This document shows positions 18,381 through 25,884 of a DNA stretch of 32,595 nt, in pieces. The notes beneath the pieces were generated by a model, which made no database searches, was not told the origin of the DNA, and saw only the letters and a program-made list of their open reading frames with translations. The DNA comes from an uncultured Candidatus Poseidoniales archaeon (GTDB lineage: Archaea; Thermoplasmatota; Poseidoniia; Poseidoniales; Thalassarchaeaceae), in NCBI GenBank assembly GCA_964588055.1, contig CAZPNT010000001.1, positions 1 through 32,595 on the forward strand, read 5' to 3'. The position numbers and the translations under genes are program-made. Positions within the stretch are counted from its first letter, which is position 1. Each line of letters starts with the position of its first letter.

Positions 18381-18871
18381 TTTCAGTGGGCAGGATTTCT
18401 AGATCTCTCAGTTTCCTGTTTAGGTGGGTCCCATGGGTAATTACCGGAGCTTCCGTCGCATATCGGAGGCTTCCCGAAAAATCACAGACTGAAATCAAAG
18501 ACGTAGCAAAGGAGCCTAAGAAGTGGGGAGAATCATTGGAGAAGGCGTGGGATGCTTCGAAAATAGGATCTGAACACTTCAAGCGGACCTCCGGCACCCT
18601 CTCTAACATACTAATTGGAAGAAGGGTTAGCAGGAAGGAGAGGATAAACGCTAGAGATGACTTGGCTGCATTGAGTTTGGTAGTCCCCCCTCTGAGAGTA
18701 TTCATGATTCCTGGAAGCCAAATTCTTCTTGGGATAATGGCACGAGTCACTCCTTGGCGTCTAGTTCCAGATGATTGGATTCCACTAAACGCTCTGAAGA
18801 AGATAAGGGAGGATGAGAAGCCTTCACTGGAACATGAAAGCAGCCAAGTACGAAGGATTCTTGGAGGATAA
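18377..18871 (+). CDS. small membrane protein with LETM1-like domain (hypothetical)
   Basis: 164 aa. There is one N-terminal hydrophobic segment (FLFRWVPWVITGASVAY). It is followed by GRRVSRKERINARDDLAALSLVVPPLRVFMIPGSQILLGIMARVTPWRLVPDDW, which parallels the conserved LETM1 core (L-T/S-R-R/K-E-R...D-L-F-R-L-V-P-F...I-V-P-F-x-E-x-L-L-P...K-L-F-P-x-M-L-P-S-T-F). The GTG start overlaps the aceE TGA (GTGA). The start codon is uncertain, with a second in-frame GTG at 18386. I preferred it over the antisense ORF 18349..18750. Confidence 0.5.
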   Translation: MISVGRISRSLSFLFRWVPWVITGASVAYRRLPEKSQTEIKDVAKEPKKWGESLEKAWDASKIGSEHFKRTSGTLSNILIGRRVSRKERINARDDLAALSLVVPPLRVFMIPGSQILLGIMARVTPWRLVPDDWIPLNALKKIREDEKPSLEHESSQVRRILGG

Positions 18872-18872
18872 T

Positions 18873-19580
18873 TCAGTCAATCATTGTAATGTTGGAAAGG
18901 AAGTAGTTGTGCTTCAAAGCATCTTCCAGACTAATCCAGTCTGGTACTTCCCCCCTGAAGTCATCGTATCTGTGCCCCGGAATCAATCTCCAATCCGGAG
19001 GCAGACTTCTTAGGATTTCCTTGGCTCTAATCAAACTCCTCTGCTGTGCCTGTGGATCTCCTCCGGGAAGGTCTACTCTTCCAGCGCTCCTCACGAAGAG
19101 AAGATCACCAGCATGGTAGACACCATGCCCATGAAAGGTAACGTGACCGGGTGCATGACCTGGTGAATGAGTCACCGACAGTTGAATAGAGCCTGCAGAC
19201 CATCTAACAATTTCTCCGGGCGCACAGTCCCAAGTGTGTGTGAATTCTACACTTCTGAAAACAATGTGGCCCAATAGGCTAGGAACTCTGGCATCTTCAT
19301 GCCCCCAGACCTCCATTTCTGGGTATCTCTTGATCATACCCGGAAATCCTGCAGCATGATCTCTATGAGTATGCGTGTAGAGCAGATGAGTTGGCTCGAG
19401 ACCTTCTTCTTCCAGCTTACTACACCACTTTTTTGCATCGAACGGATCAATTATTGCAACGATCTCATTTGCTCTATCTATGAAGGCAGTATTCATGTTC
19501 ATCAGAGAACCCATTTGAGTTACCCACACCTCCACCCCATCTTCCCAAATTGTTGAATGAAACTCCCCGTCAGACAGCAC
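18873..19580 (-). CDS. MBL-fold metallo-hydrolase (glyoxalase II / hydroxyacylglutathione hydrolase-like)
   Basis: HTHRDHAAG (HxHxDH), HSPGHAPGH, a later GD...D, and GH near the C-terminus. The track ORF runs to 19748 and would overlap leuS. An in-frame GTG at 19580 (M-LSDGEFHSTIWEDGVEVW...) gives a typical MBL N-terminus and a 73-nt divergent spacer. Another ATG is at 19514. Confidence 0.8.
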   Translation of the reverse strand: MLSDGEFHSTIWEDGVEVWVTQMGSLMNMNTAFIDRANEIVAIIDPFDAKKWCSKLEEEGLEPTHLLYTHTHRDHAAGFPGMIKRYPEMEVWGHEDARVPSLLGHIVFRSVEFTHTWDCAPGEIVRWSAGSIQLSVTHSPGHAPGHVTFHGHGVYHAGDLLFVRSAGRVDLPGGDPQAQQRSLIRAKEILRSLPPDWRLIPGHRYDDFRGEVPDWISLEDALKHNYFLSNITMID

Positions 19581-19653
19581 ATACCGCGCGAGAAAGACAT
19601 AGAACAAAGTCGTAATGCATATACAAGCCATACTAAGCGGTAAGATTGAGCAA

Positions 19654-22509
19654 ATGTCGTACGACGCCCAAGAGTTAGAATCAAGATGGCAGAAGGAATG
19701 GTCCCAGGCCAGAGTATTCGAGGCCGAGATTGATGATTCTAAACCCAAGTTCTACTGCCTTGAGATGTTCCCTTACCCCTCTGGTCACATGCACATGGGC
19801 CATGTTAGGAATTACTCTATCGGAGATGCTATGGCACGCTTCCAGAGACTGATGGGGAAGAACGTACTCTACCCAATGGGTTACGACTCATTCGGAATGC
19901 CAGCGGAGAATGCCGCGAAGAAAGAAGGAGGGCATCCTCACGATGTTACACATAGCAACATCTCCAGTATCCGATCAGATCAAGAAAGAATGGGCTATTC
20001 ATATGACTGGAGGCGATTCTTAGCTACTTCAGATGTAGACTACTACCGTTGGAACCAGGAGATGTTCCTCATCCTCAATGAGAGAGGCCTGGTTGAGAGA
20101 AAGATGGCCCCAGTCAACTGGTGCGTTGACTGCGACACCGTTCTAGCAAACGAGCAGGTAAGGAACAATAGATGCTGGAGATGTGGTTTGGAGGTCATTC
20201 AGAGAGACATGGCACAGTGGTTCGTAAGAATGACAGAGTACTCCGACGAGTTGCTCGACGAACTAGAACATATCTCGTTCCCCGAGAATGTCAAGGCCAT
20301 GCAGAGAAACTGGATTGGACGTTCACACGGCGCCCATATCGACTTTCCCGTGGTGGACTCCGAATCAGTGATCGGAGCCTTCACTACTAGGCCAGATACG
20401 ATATTCGGAGTCACCTTCCTCACTTTGTCACCCGAGCATCCTTTGTGCGAGGAACTGTGCTCTGGCAGTGAGTGGGAAGAAGGTTGGCGAGCACTCAAAG
20501 AAGAATGCTCCCGAATGTCAGAATTCGAGAGAATGAACATGCTGAAGGAGAAGAAGGGAGTGTTCCTAGGCAGGTACGCGATTAATCCACTAAAAGATGA
20601 GATGGTTCCGATATATGCTGGAAACTTCGTGGTATCTACATATGGTACTGGTGCGGTAATGGCCGTTCCCGGACATGACCAAAGGGACTTTGATTTCGCA
20701 AATGAGTACGATCTTGAGATTCGGCGGGTTCTCGACGATAATGAGAATGGGAGCGCCAACAAACCATTGACCAGAGCATTCGAGGGATACGGACCAATGG
20801 TCAACTCCTTTGTCGAGGGTTTCGATGGACTTTCCGGTGATCAAGCGAAGAATGCCGTAATAGCTGCTCTAGAGAAGAAGAAGGCAGGCCATGGAAAGGT
20901 TGAGTACCGTCTAAAGGACTGGCTACTAAGCAGACAGAGGTTCTGGGGGACACCGATTCCAATGATCCATTGCGAATCATGCGGAATCGTCCCAGTGTCC
21001 AGAGAAGACCTCCCGGTTGAGCTACCTCTAGATGTGGTATTCACCGAACATCAAAGTGGTAATCCATTGGAATCTCACGCTAGCTTCGTGCAAACCAACT
21101 GCCCTAACTGTGGAAGTGAGGCAAGAAGAGAGACGGATACAATGGATACATTCTACGACTCTTCTTGGTATTTCATGCGCTTTTGCGATGCAAACAACGA
21201 CGACTCTCCTTTCGATCGCTCTGCAGTCGATTATTGGATGGGAGATGGCGTGGACCTGTACATCGGGGGGATAGAACACGCTGTAATGCACCTCCTCTAC
21301 GCTCGATTCTTCACAAAATTCACCAGAGATGCCGGAATGAACGAGGTTGGAGAGCCATTTGGCAGGTTAGTTTGCCAGGGTATGCTAAACGCTCCAGCTC
21401 CGTATTGCCCTGACTGCAATTCCGAATATCACGTTGACCTCTTCGAATCTGATTGCCCATCATGTGGCAAAACTCTCTCTAGCAGATCCGCGAAGATGAG
21501 TAAATCTCTTGGGAATACAGTTAGCCCAGAGGAGATGATATCCAGATTCGGAGCGGATACAGTACGACTGTTCATTCTTTTCGGGGCCAATCCAGAGGCA
21601 GGAATGGACTGGTCCGACAGTGCTTTGGAGGCAAACCATCGTCAGATTCACTCTCTTATCGATGCCATCGATCAAGCACTAGAACTCTCGGACTCACCAT
21701 CTAACATTGATGGATGGCTGATCTCAAGGATGAGAATGAGCCAGAATAGATGGATAGATGCAATGTCGGACGTAAGCCTCCGAGAGGGGGTGATGATAAG
21801 CCACTTCGAAATGCTGACTGATTGGAACTGGTATATTCGAAGAGGGGGTCGTGACAGGATGACTGCGATGCGATTTTTGGAAGGATGGATTCCAATGCTT
21901 GCTCCTGCGACACCCCACATTGCAGAGGAATTCTGGAACAAGTTTGGCCGAAAAGAACTTCTGGCAGTGTTTGAACTCCCCCCAATTAAGACGGATTCAG
22001 ATGACTTGCACATTTTGGCAGAGGAGGAATACGTGAAGACCCTCATATCTAGTGGGAGGAATCTGAGGACTCTCGCGGAGAGACACTCTGAGGAACCAAT
22101 TTCCAGAGTAGTGATTCAAACGTCACCGAAGTGGAAATCGGATTTGGCATCGGAGGCAATCAAGCTACACTTATCGGGATTCGACTTCAAAGAGCTCGGT
22201 CAGGAGCACGTCAAGTCTCTTGACATCTTCAAGGAAGAGTCCTCTAGGGGTGAGGTATTCCATACGTGGAACTCAATTACCATCGGAGGCAAGAAAAATA
22301 GGGGCAAACTCTACACTTGGTCCGACGGAGAGAGGTATCTGTTATCCGAAGGAATCGATGAAGTGGGGATAATCTCAGCAAACTCAGATTTCATTTCTTC
22401 TGCTCTAGGGGTCGAAACAGTCGAAGCCTACCCAGTAGGAGAAGCGGAAGATGTAGGCGGTAAGGCAAGGATTTCCTTCCCACTGGAACCTGGAATAGCT
22501 TTCCTATAG
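19654..22509 (+). CDS. leuS: leucyl-tRNA synthetase, bacterial-type catalytic core
   Basis: FYCLEMFPYPSGHMHMGHVRNYSIGDAMARFQRLMGKNVLYPMGYDSFGMPAE (HMGH = HIGH motif), VNWCVDCDTVLANEQV...CWRCG, MQRNWIGRS, CPNCGSEARRETDTMDTFYDSSWYFMRF, GGIEHAVMHLLYARFF and KMSKS (21493-21507). It is collinear with E. coli/Thermus LeuRS rather than the archaeal/eukaryotic cytosolic type. The start is taken at ATG 19654 (MSYDAQELESRWQKEW). Confidence 0.95.
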   Translation: MSYDAQELESRWQKEWSQARVFEAEIDDSKPKFYCLEMFPYPSGHMHMGHVRNYSIGDAMARFQRLMGKNVLYPMGYDSFGMPAENAAKKEGGHPHDVTHSNISSIRSDQERMGYSYDWRRFLATSDVDYYRWNQEMFLILNERGLVERKMAPVNWCVDCDTVLANEQVRNNRCWRCGLEVIQRDMAQWFVRMTEYSDELLDELEHISFPENVKAMQRNWIGRSHGAHIDFPVVDSESVIGAFTTRPDTIFGVTFLTLSPEHPLCEELCSGSEWEEGWRALKEECSRMSEFERMNMLKEKKGVFLGRYAINPLKDEMVPIYAGNFVVSTYGTGAVMAVPGHDQRDFDFANEYDLEIRRVLDDNENGSANKPLTRAFEGYGPMVNSFVEGFDGLSGDQAKNAVIAALEKKKAGHGKVEYRLKDWLLSRQRFWGTPIPMIHCESCGIVPVSREDLPVELPLDVVFTEHQSGNPLESHASFVQTNCPNCGSEARRETDTMDTFYDSSWYFMRFCDANNDDSPFDRSAVDYWMGDGVDLYIGGIEHAVMHLLYARFFTKFTRDAGMNEVGEPFGRLVCQGMLNAPAPYCPDCNSEYHVDLFESDCPSCGKTLSSRSAKMSKSLGNTVSPEEMISRFGADTVRLFILFGANPEAGMDWSDSALEANHRQIHSLIDAIDQALELSDSPSNIDGWLISRMRMSQNRWIDAMSDVSLREGVMISHFEMLTDWNWYIRRGGRDRMTAMRFLEGWIPMLAPATPHIAEEFWNKFGRKELLAVFELPPIKTDSDDLHILAEEEYVKTLISSGRNLRTLAERHSEEPISRVVIQTSPKWKSDLASEAIKLHLSGFDFKELGQEHVKSLDIFKEESSRGEVFHTWNSITIGGKKNRGKLYTWSDGERYLLSEGIDEVGIISANSDFISSALGVETVEAYPVGEAEDVGGKARISFPLEPGIAFL

Positions 22510-22516
22510 GTGTATC

Positions 22517-22861
22517 ATGTCTTCAAACACCTCTAGCACTGTCCTTTTCGACGACCAATGCGGAAAATGCACGAGATGGGCCGATTTCATTCGGAAGAGG
22601 GATCCAGATTCGAGAGTAAACTTAGTCGGTCAGAACAGTGAACAGGGAATGGAGATTCTGCGGAAAATACCAATGGAGTTGGAAGGCCTAGATTCCATTT
22701 TTCTGATTTCCGGTGAGGGCAGATGGCATTCAAAGAGTGCTGCAATTTGGAGAGTATGCAGGAAACTGGGATTTCCATGGTCGTTAGCATCCCTGGTTTG
22801 TCTGGTACCTTGGCCTATTCGGGATTACCTCTATGACGTCTATGCCAGAATGAGAAAGTAG
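22517..22861 (+). CDS. DCC-family thiol-disulfide oxidoreductase (DUF393)
   Basis: 114 aa. VLFDDQCGKCTRWADFIRKRD (D-x-x-C-x-x-C), SKSAAIWRVCRKLGFPW, and PWPIRDYLYDVYARMR match the DUF393/DCC consensus along the whole length. Confidence 0.8.
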   Translation: MSSNTSSTVLFDDQCGKCTRWADFIRKRDPDSRVNLVGQNSEQGMEILRKIPMELEGLDSIFLISGEGRWHSKSAAIWRVCRKLGFPWSLASLVCLVPWPIRDYLYDVYARMRK

Positions 22862-22879
22862 CCTCTGACAGGTGAGTTC

Positions 22880-23959
22880 ATGGAGCTCCAACATCTGGGA
22901 GAGCTATTGAGTGAAGACGAGAGTGCCAAGAGGCGCCGGGGGCGCCGGGGGCGCCGCCGAAGACCAAGGAAGGGGAAAAACCCCCCTAGGGAGAGAGGTA
23001 AGGGTGCCAAATCAGAGGAGATAGAGAGAGCACTGTCAAGATTTAACCTAGACCCCAGACCGATGGGAATCCCAGAAGAAATTGATCCACCACCTAGGAA
23101 AGTCCAGATCAGATGGAACACAAATGCAGTTTCGAGGGAGGTGCAGAATCGGGCAGGCAAGATCGCCTGTATTCCTGGTGAGTTCGGCTTCCTTCCGGAG
23201 GACAGGGTTCAGGAAATCGCATCTAATCTGGATGGGCTCCCAATCTCCTTAGAACAGGCTCTTTCTCTGAGAGCGGCACTAAATCAAGAGAAGAGCGTTT
23301 ACTCCCACTCAAAATTGATGCGTAGATCGAACGAACTTAGCAGGAGGTATGACTCAGGAGAAAGCGTGATTGCACTCTCAAAGAGGTTTGACGCCCCTCC
23401 TGTGAACACTTTCAGGGCTATTCTAACCGGACGAGGTTGGACAAAGACTAGGATTAAGGACACGCTAAACAAGAACCCTTCCAAATTAAACCAGAGAGAC
23501 AGAGAGCAATTCGAACTAGCAGAGTCAGTAGATCGGGTTAGTTCCGTAAACCAGACTGAGACTCAGAGTGCAGCAGAGGTTTTCGAAGAGATACTTTGTA
23601 CCCACTTTTCCTCGTTGGGGATTAGGTTCAGACGTCAGGAAGAACTTCTTAGAGAACAGACCAAAGAGGAAGGTAGAGCTATAATTACCCCTGATCTACT
23701 TCTGCTTGATGACGTCAGAATAAATGGGGTCCCATGTGCTTGGATTGATGCTAAGCACTTCTTTGGAGCGGATCTGAGGTTCCCGAAGAAGAAAACCCAG
23801 AAGCAGGTAGACAGATATGTTGCCGAATATGGACATGGAGCACTAGTTTATCGCCATGGATTCTGTGACGGACTTCGGTTAAGAGGGGCAATAAAGCTAG
23901 ACTCCAGCCCTCTAGATCTTAAGCCATTGGAGGATTTTCATGAGAACTCTAAGTCTTAG
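22880..23959 (+). CDS. CDIN1/C15orf41-like TPD-motif protein: predicted PD-(D/E)xK nuclease with arginine-rich N-terminal extension
   Basis: 359 aa, with a GGTGA Shine-Dalgarno-like sequence 8 nt upstream of the ATG. The C-terminal core is E-x(n)-ITPDLLLLDDVRINGVPCAWIDAKHFFG (PD...D-A-K), then QVDRYVAEYGHGALVYRHGF. This resembles, from memory, the human CDIN1 segment ...KTPDF(I/L)L...IHWIESKASFGD...FGPGLVIYWYGF. Upstream helical segments (SRRYDSGESVIALSKRFDAPPVNTFRAILTGRGW) resemble the HTH-like region of that family. The N-terminus is KRRRGRRGRRRRPRKGK. Confidence 0.6.
   Translation: MELQHLGELLSEDESAKRRRGRRGRRRRPRKGKNPPRERGKGAKSEEIERALSRFNLDPRPMGIPEEIDPPPRKVQIRWNTNAVSREVQNRAGKIACIPGEFGFLPEDRVQEIASNLDGLPISLEQALSLRAALNQEKSVYSHSKLMRRSNELSRRYDSGESVIALSKRFDAPPVNTFRAILTGRGWTKTRIKDTLNKNPSKLNQRDREQFELAESVDRVSSVNQTETQSAAEVFEEILCTHFSSLGIRFRRQEELLREQTKEEGRAIITPDLLLLDDVRINGVPCAWIDAKHFFGADLRFPKKKTQKQVDRYVAEYGHGALVYRHGFCDGLRLRGAIKLDSSPLDLKPLEDFHENSKS
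22932..22958 (+). repeat. 9-bp GC-rich tandem repeat x3 (GGCGCCGGG GGCGCCGGG GGCGCCGCC) inside a CDS
   Basis: Read directly from the sequence. It encodes RRRGRRGRRRR of the CDIN1-like protein and is far more GC-rich than its surroundings. Confidence 0.9.
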
Positions 23960-23963
23960 TTGA

Positions 23964-24941
23964 CTACATCAGTTCCCCTACCACACTGGAGAATGAAGCC
24001 AATCCAGAATTCTCTAATGCCTCAGAAATCTTGTCGATCCATTTGTCAACGAAAAAAGGGTCTTTGGGTACGATTACAACACTCTCTCCCAACATGCACA
24101 GCATTACAGACACACTATCTGAGTAGCCAGAATCGGCAATGGCCTTATTCGTCAAATCAATAATTTCCAATCTAGAAGCATCGCTCTCTAATCCACTTTC
24201 AGAGGAAAATATCAGTGCTTCCTCAATTATTTGGGACCACCTATCCTCGTTCCAATCTCCTGAACCGATTCTCTCCATGCCATTTTCTCCTGCTTGGCAA
24301 ATCTTTCTCCCCCACTCTTCACTATCGATGTAGCTTGAGGTGTGCATTCCAGTTTTTTCCTTCCAAGCCAGGAGTAGTGGGATTTTGATTGACCAGCCCT
24401 CCGAAAATCCTGGCCCATTATCCAAAAGAGTGCCGGAAAAAGGAGAACCTGACGCAATCCTCCTCTCCACCCCTCCCGAAGAAAGAGCAGTAGTGTCACC
24501 CAATCCACTTGATCGCTTCCTTTCCACAATATGAGCAACAAGGAAAGATCTCCTGACACATTCTTCATGGGGGATTCCAATTGCTCTCTGAATAGACATG
24601 GCAGATGCAACTGCACCGGATGCTGACATTCCGAAACCTTGAGACGCTGGCAAGGCCATCTTGATATTGAGTTCCCAATCAAAACCTCCGATTTCCGGAA
24701 TATTAGTAACTAATTCAGACAGCACATCTTCGTACATGCTTGAGTCGTACTCAATTTCTTGGAATCTAACACTTAGCTCTCCAGAACCCTCCTCTCCTTT
24801 GGCTATTGCTTCGACTCCATCTTTTATGCAAATACCTACGCCCCTACTACCTTGATTCACAGGATCTTCACTTGAGTCATCAATTGTGAAAAGCAGGGTG
24901 ATGTGCCCCCCGCAGTGGCCCCTGCCCAGTACTGTAGACAT
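23964..24941 (-). CDS. pantoate kinase (archaeal CoA pathway, GHMP kinase superfamily, COG1829-like)
   Basis: 325 aa. The N-terminal GGHITLLFTI...DPVNQGSRGVGICIKDGVEA resembles the P-x-HITGFF...GS-x-GAG block of archaeal pantoate kinases. The GHMP motif is LPASQGFGMSASGAVASAMSI. Confidence 0.65.
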   Translation of the reverse strand: MSTVLGRGHCGGHITLLFTIDDSSEDPVNQGSRGVGICIKDGVEAIAKGEEGSGELSVRFQEIEYDSSMYEDVLSELVTNIPEIGGFDWELNIKMALPASQGFGMSASGAVASAMSIQRAIGIPHEECVRRSFLVAHIVERKRSSGLGDTTALSSGGVERRIASGSPFSGTLLDNGPGFSEGWSIKIPLLLAWKEKTGMHTSSYIDSEEWGRKICQAGENGMERIGSGDWNEDRWSQIIEEALIFSSESGLESDASRLEIIDLTNKAIADSGYSDSVSVMLCMLGESVVIVPKDPFFVDKWIDKISEALENSGLASFSSVVGELM

Positions 24942-24981
24942 GGTTACTCATCCAACGAGATGGTAATGAATTGTTGTAATC

Positions 24982-25878
24982 TCACAGAGAGCTAGACAGC
25001 TCATTCTCTAGAGATCCAAACCTTTCTGCTAACTCCTCGACAGCCTTCATAAAGGCGGTTTTAGGACTCATAGAACCATCTGTCTCAAACCCAAGAATGT
25101 ACTCTCCAGGGACCTCTTGAAGCGATATTGCGTCCTTGAAGGCCCTCGACTCCTCCGTCCCTTCTCCCACATGATTCAACTCGTCTGCTAGAATAGCAAC
25201 TTTCTCCACGTTATCCAACTTTCCATCCTTGTTGAAATCCTTGGCTGAGATCTCTAGATTCATGTCCCAGAGAATCTTGGCCTTGGTTTTGTTTTTCAGT
25301 ACTCCAATCCTTCTAGGATGGAAGGTAACGCCACATACCGGGGACCATTTTGTGTGATCTCTCCCACGTCCCATGATAGCGGTAGCATAGAATTCAATCA
25401 TCTGACCCTTCATGAGTTTGGTAATTGGTATCTTCTTGTATTCATCGGGAATCTCCAGAGCCTCCTCTCCAAGATATTTCATGTCTCCTGCTGTTACCCA
25501 ACGTCCTTCCTCAGTTCCAAAAACCACACATGTGTAAATCATCTGACATTCCAAGCACCCCCTGTCAACCTCAACAAGATCCTTGCAATTGGGGCACTCA
25601 TCCTGGAAGTGGAACTTGTCATGGACCGTTGGTATTGGAATCATAGCAAGCCTTTGAGCCACCATTTCGTCTGGAATAGGGCCAGTAGTCTCCCATATCT
25701 CCTCATCCTGCTCCTTTGTGCCAAGTTGGAATCTAACACTGTCGATGGCCATCTTCGGAGTGTCTGAGATCAGGGATCTCCTTAGTGCATTGGCGAAACT
25801 CCTATCCGTCTTCGATAGAAGTACCTGTATCTTGCTCTCTTCTTCTTTCAGTATCTTGATCTTAACCATTTCAGTCAC
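24982..25878 (-). CDS. rpoD: DNA-directed RNA polymerase subunit D (Rpo3; Rpb3/AC40/alpha homologue)
   Basis: 298 aa. ANALRRSLISDTPKMAIDSVRF and EMVAQRLAMIPI are the conserved dimerisation-domain blocks. Its position directly downstream of uS11 matches archaeal S13-S4-S11-RpoD clusters. It has no bacterial alpha-CTD. Confidence 0.9.
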   Translation of the reverse strand: MTEMVKIKILKEEESKIQVLLSKTDRSFANALRRSLISDTPKMAIDSVRFQLGTKEQDEEIWETTGPIPDEMVAQRLAMIPIPTVHDKFHFQDECPNCKDLVEVDRGCLECQMIYTCVVFGTEEGRWVTAGDMKYLGEEALEIPDEYKKIPITKLMKGQMIEFYATAIMGRGRDHTKWSPVCGVTFHPRRIGVLKNKTKAKILWDMNLEISAKDFNKDGKLDNVEKVAILADELNHVGEGTEESRAFKDAISLQEVPGEYILGFETDGSMSPKTAFMKAVEELAERFGSLENELSSSL

Positions 25879-25884
25879 CCTAAT

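Noticed and set aside
18349-18750. 133-aa minus-strand ORF antisense to the LETM1-like ORF
   Set aside because: It competes with the plus-strand ORF, which has an operon-like GTGA junction with aceE, a TM segment and a LETM1-like motif. The minus ORF would also overlap the aceE 3' end. This call is not absolutely excluded and needs expression data.
19581-19748. N-terminal 56-aa extension of the MBL hydrolase ORF
   Set aside because: The extension would overlap the leuS start by about 95 nt and has no MBL-like sequence. An in-frame GTG at 19580 gives a canonical MBL N-terminus.
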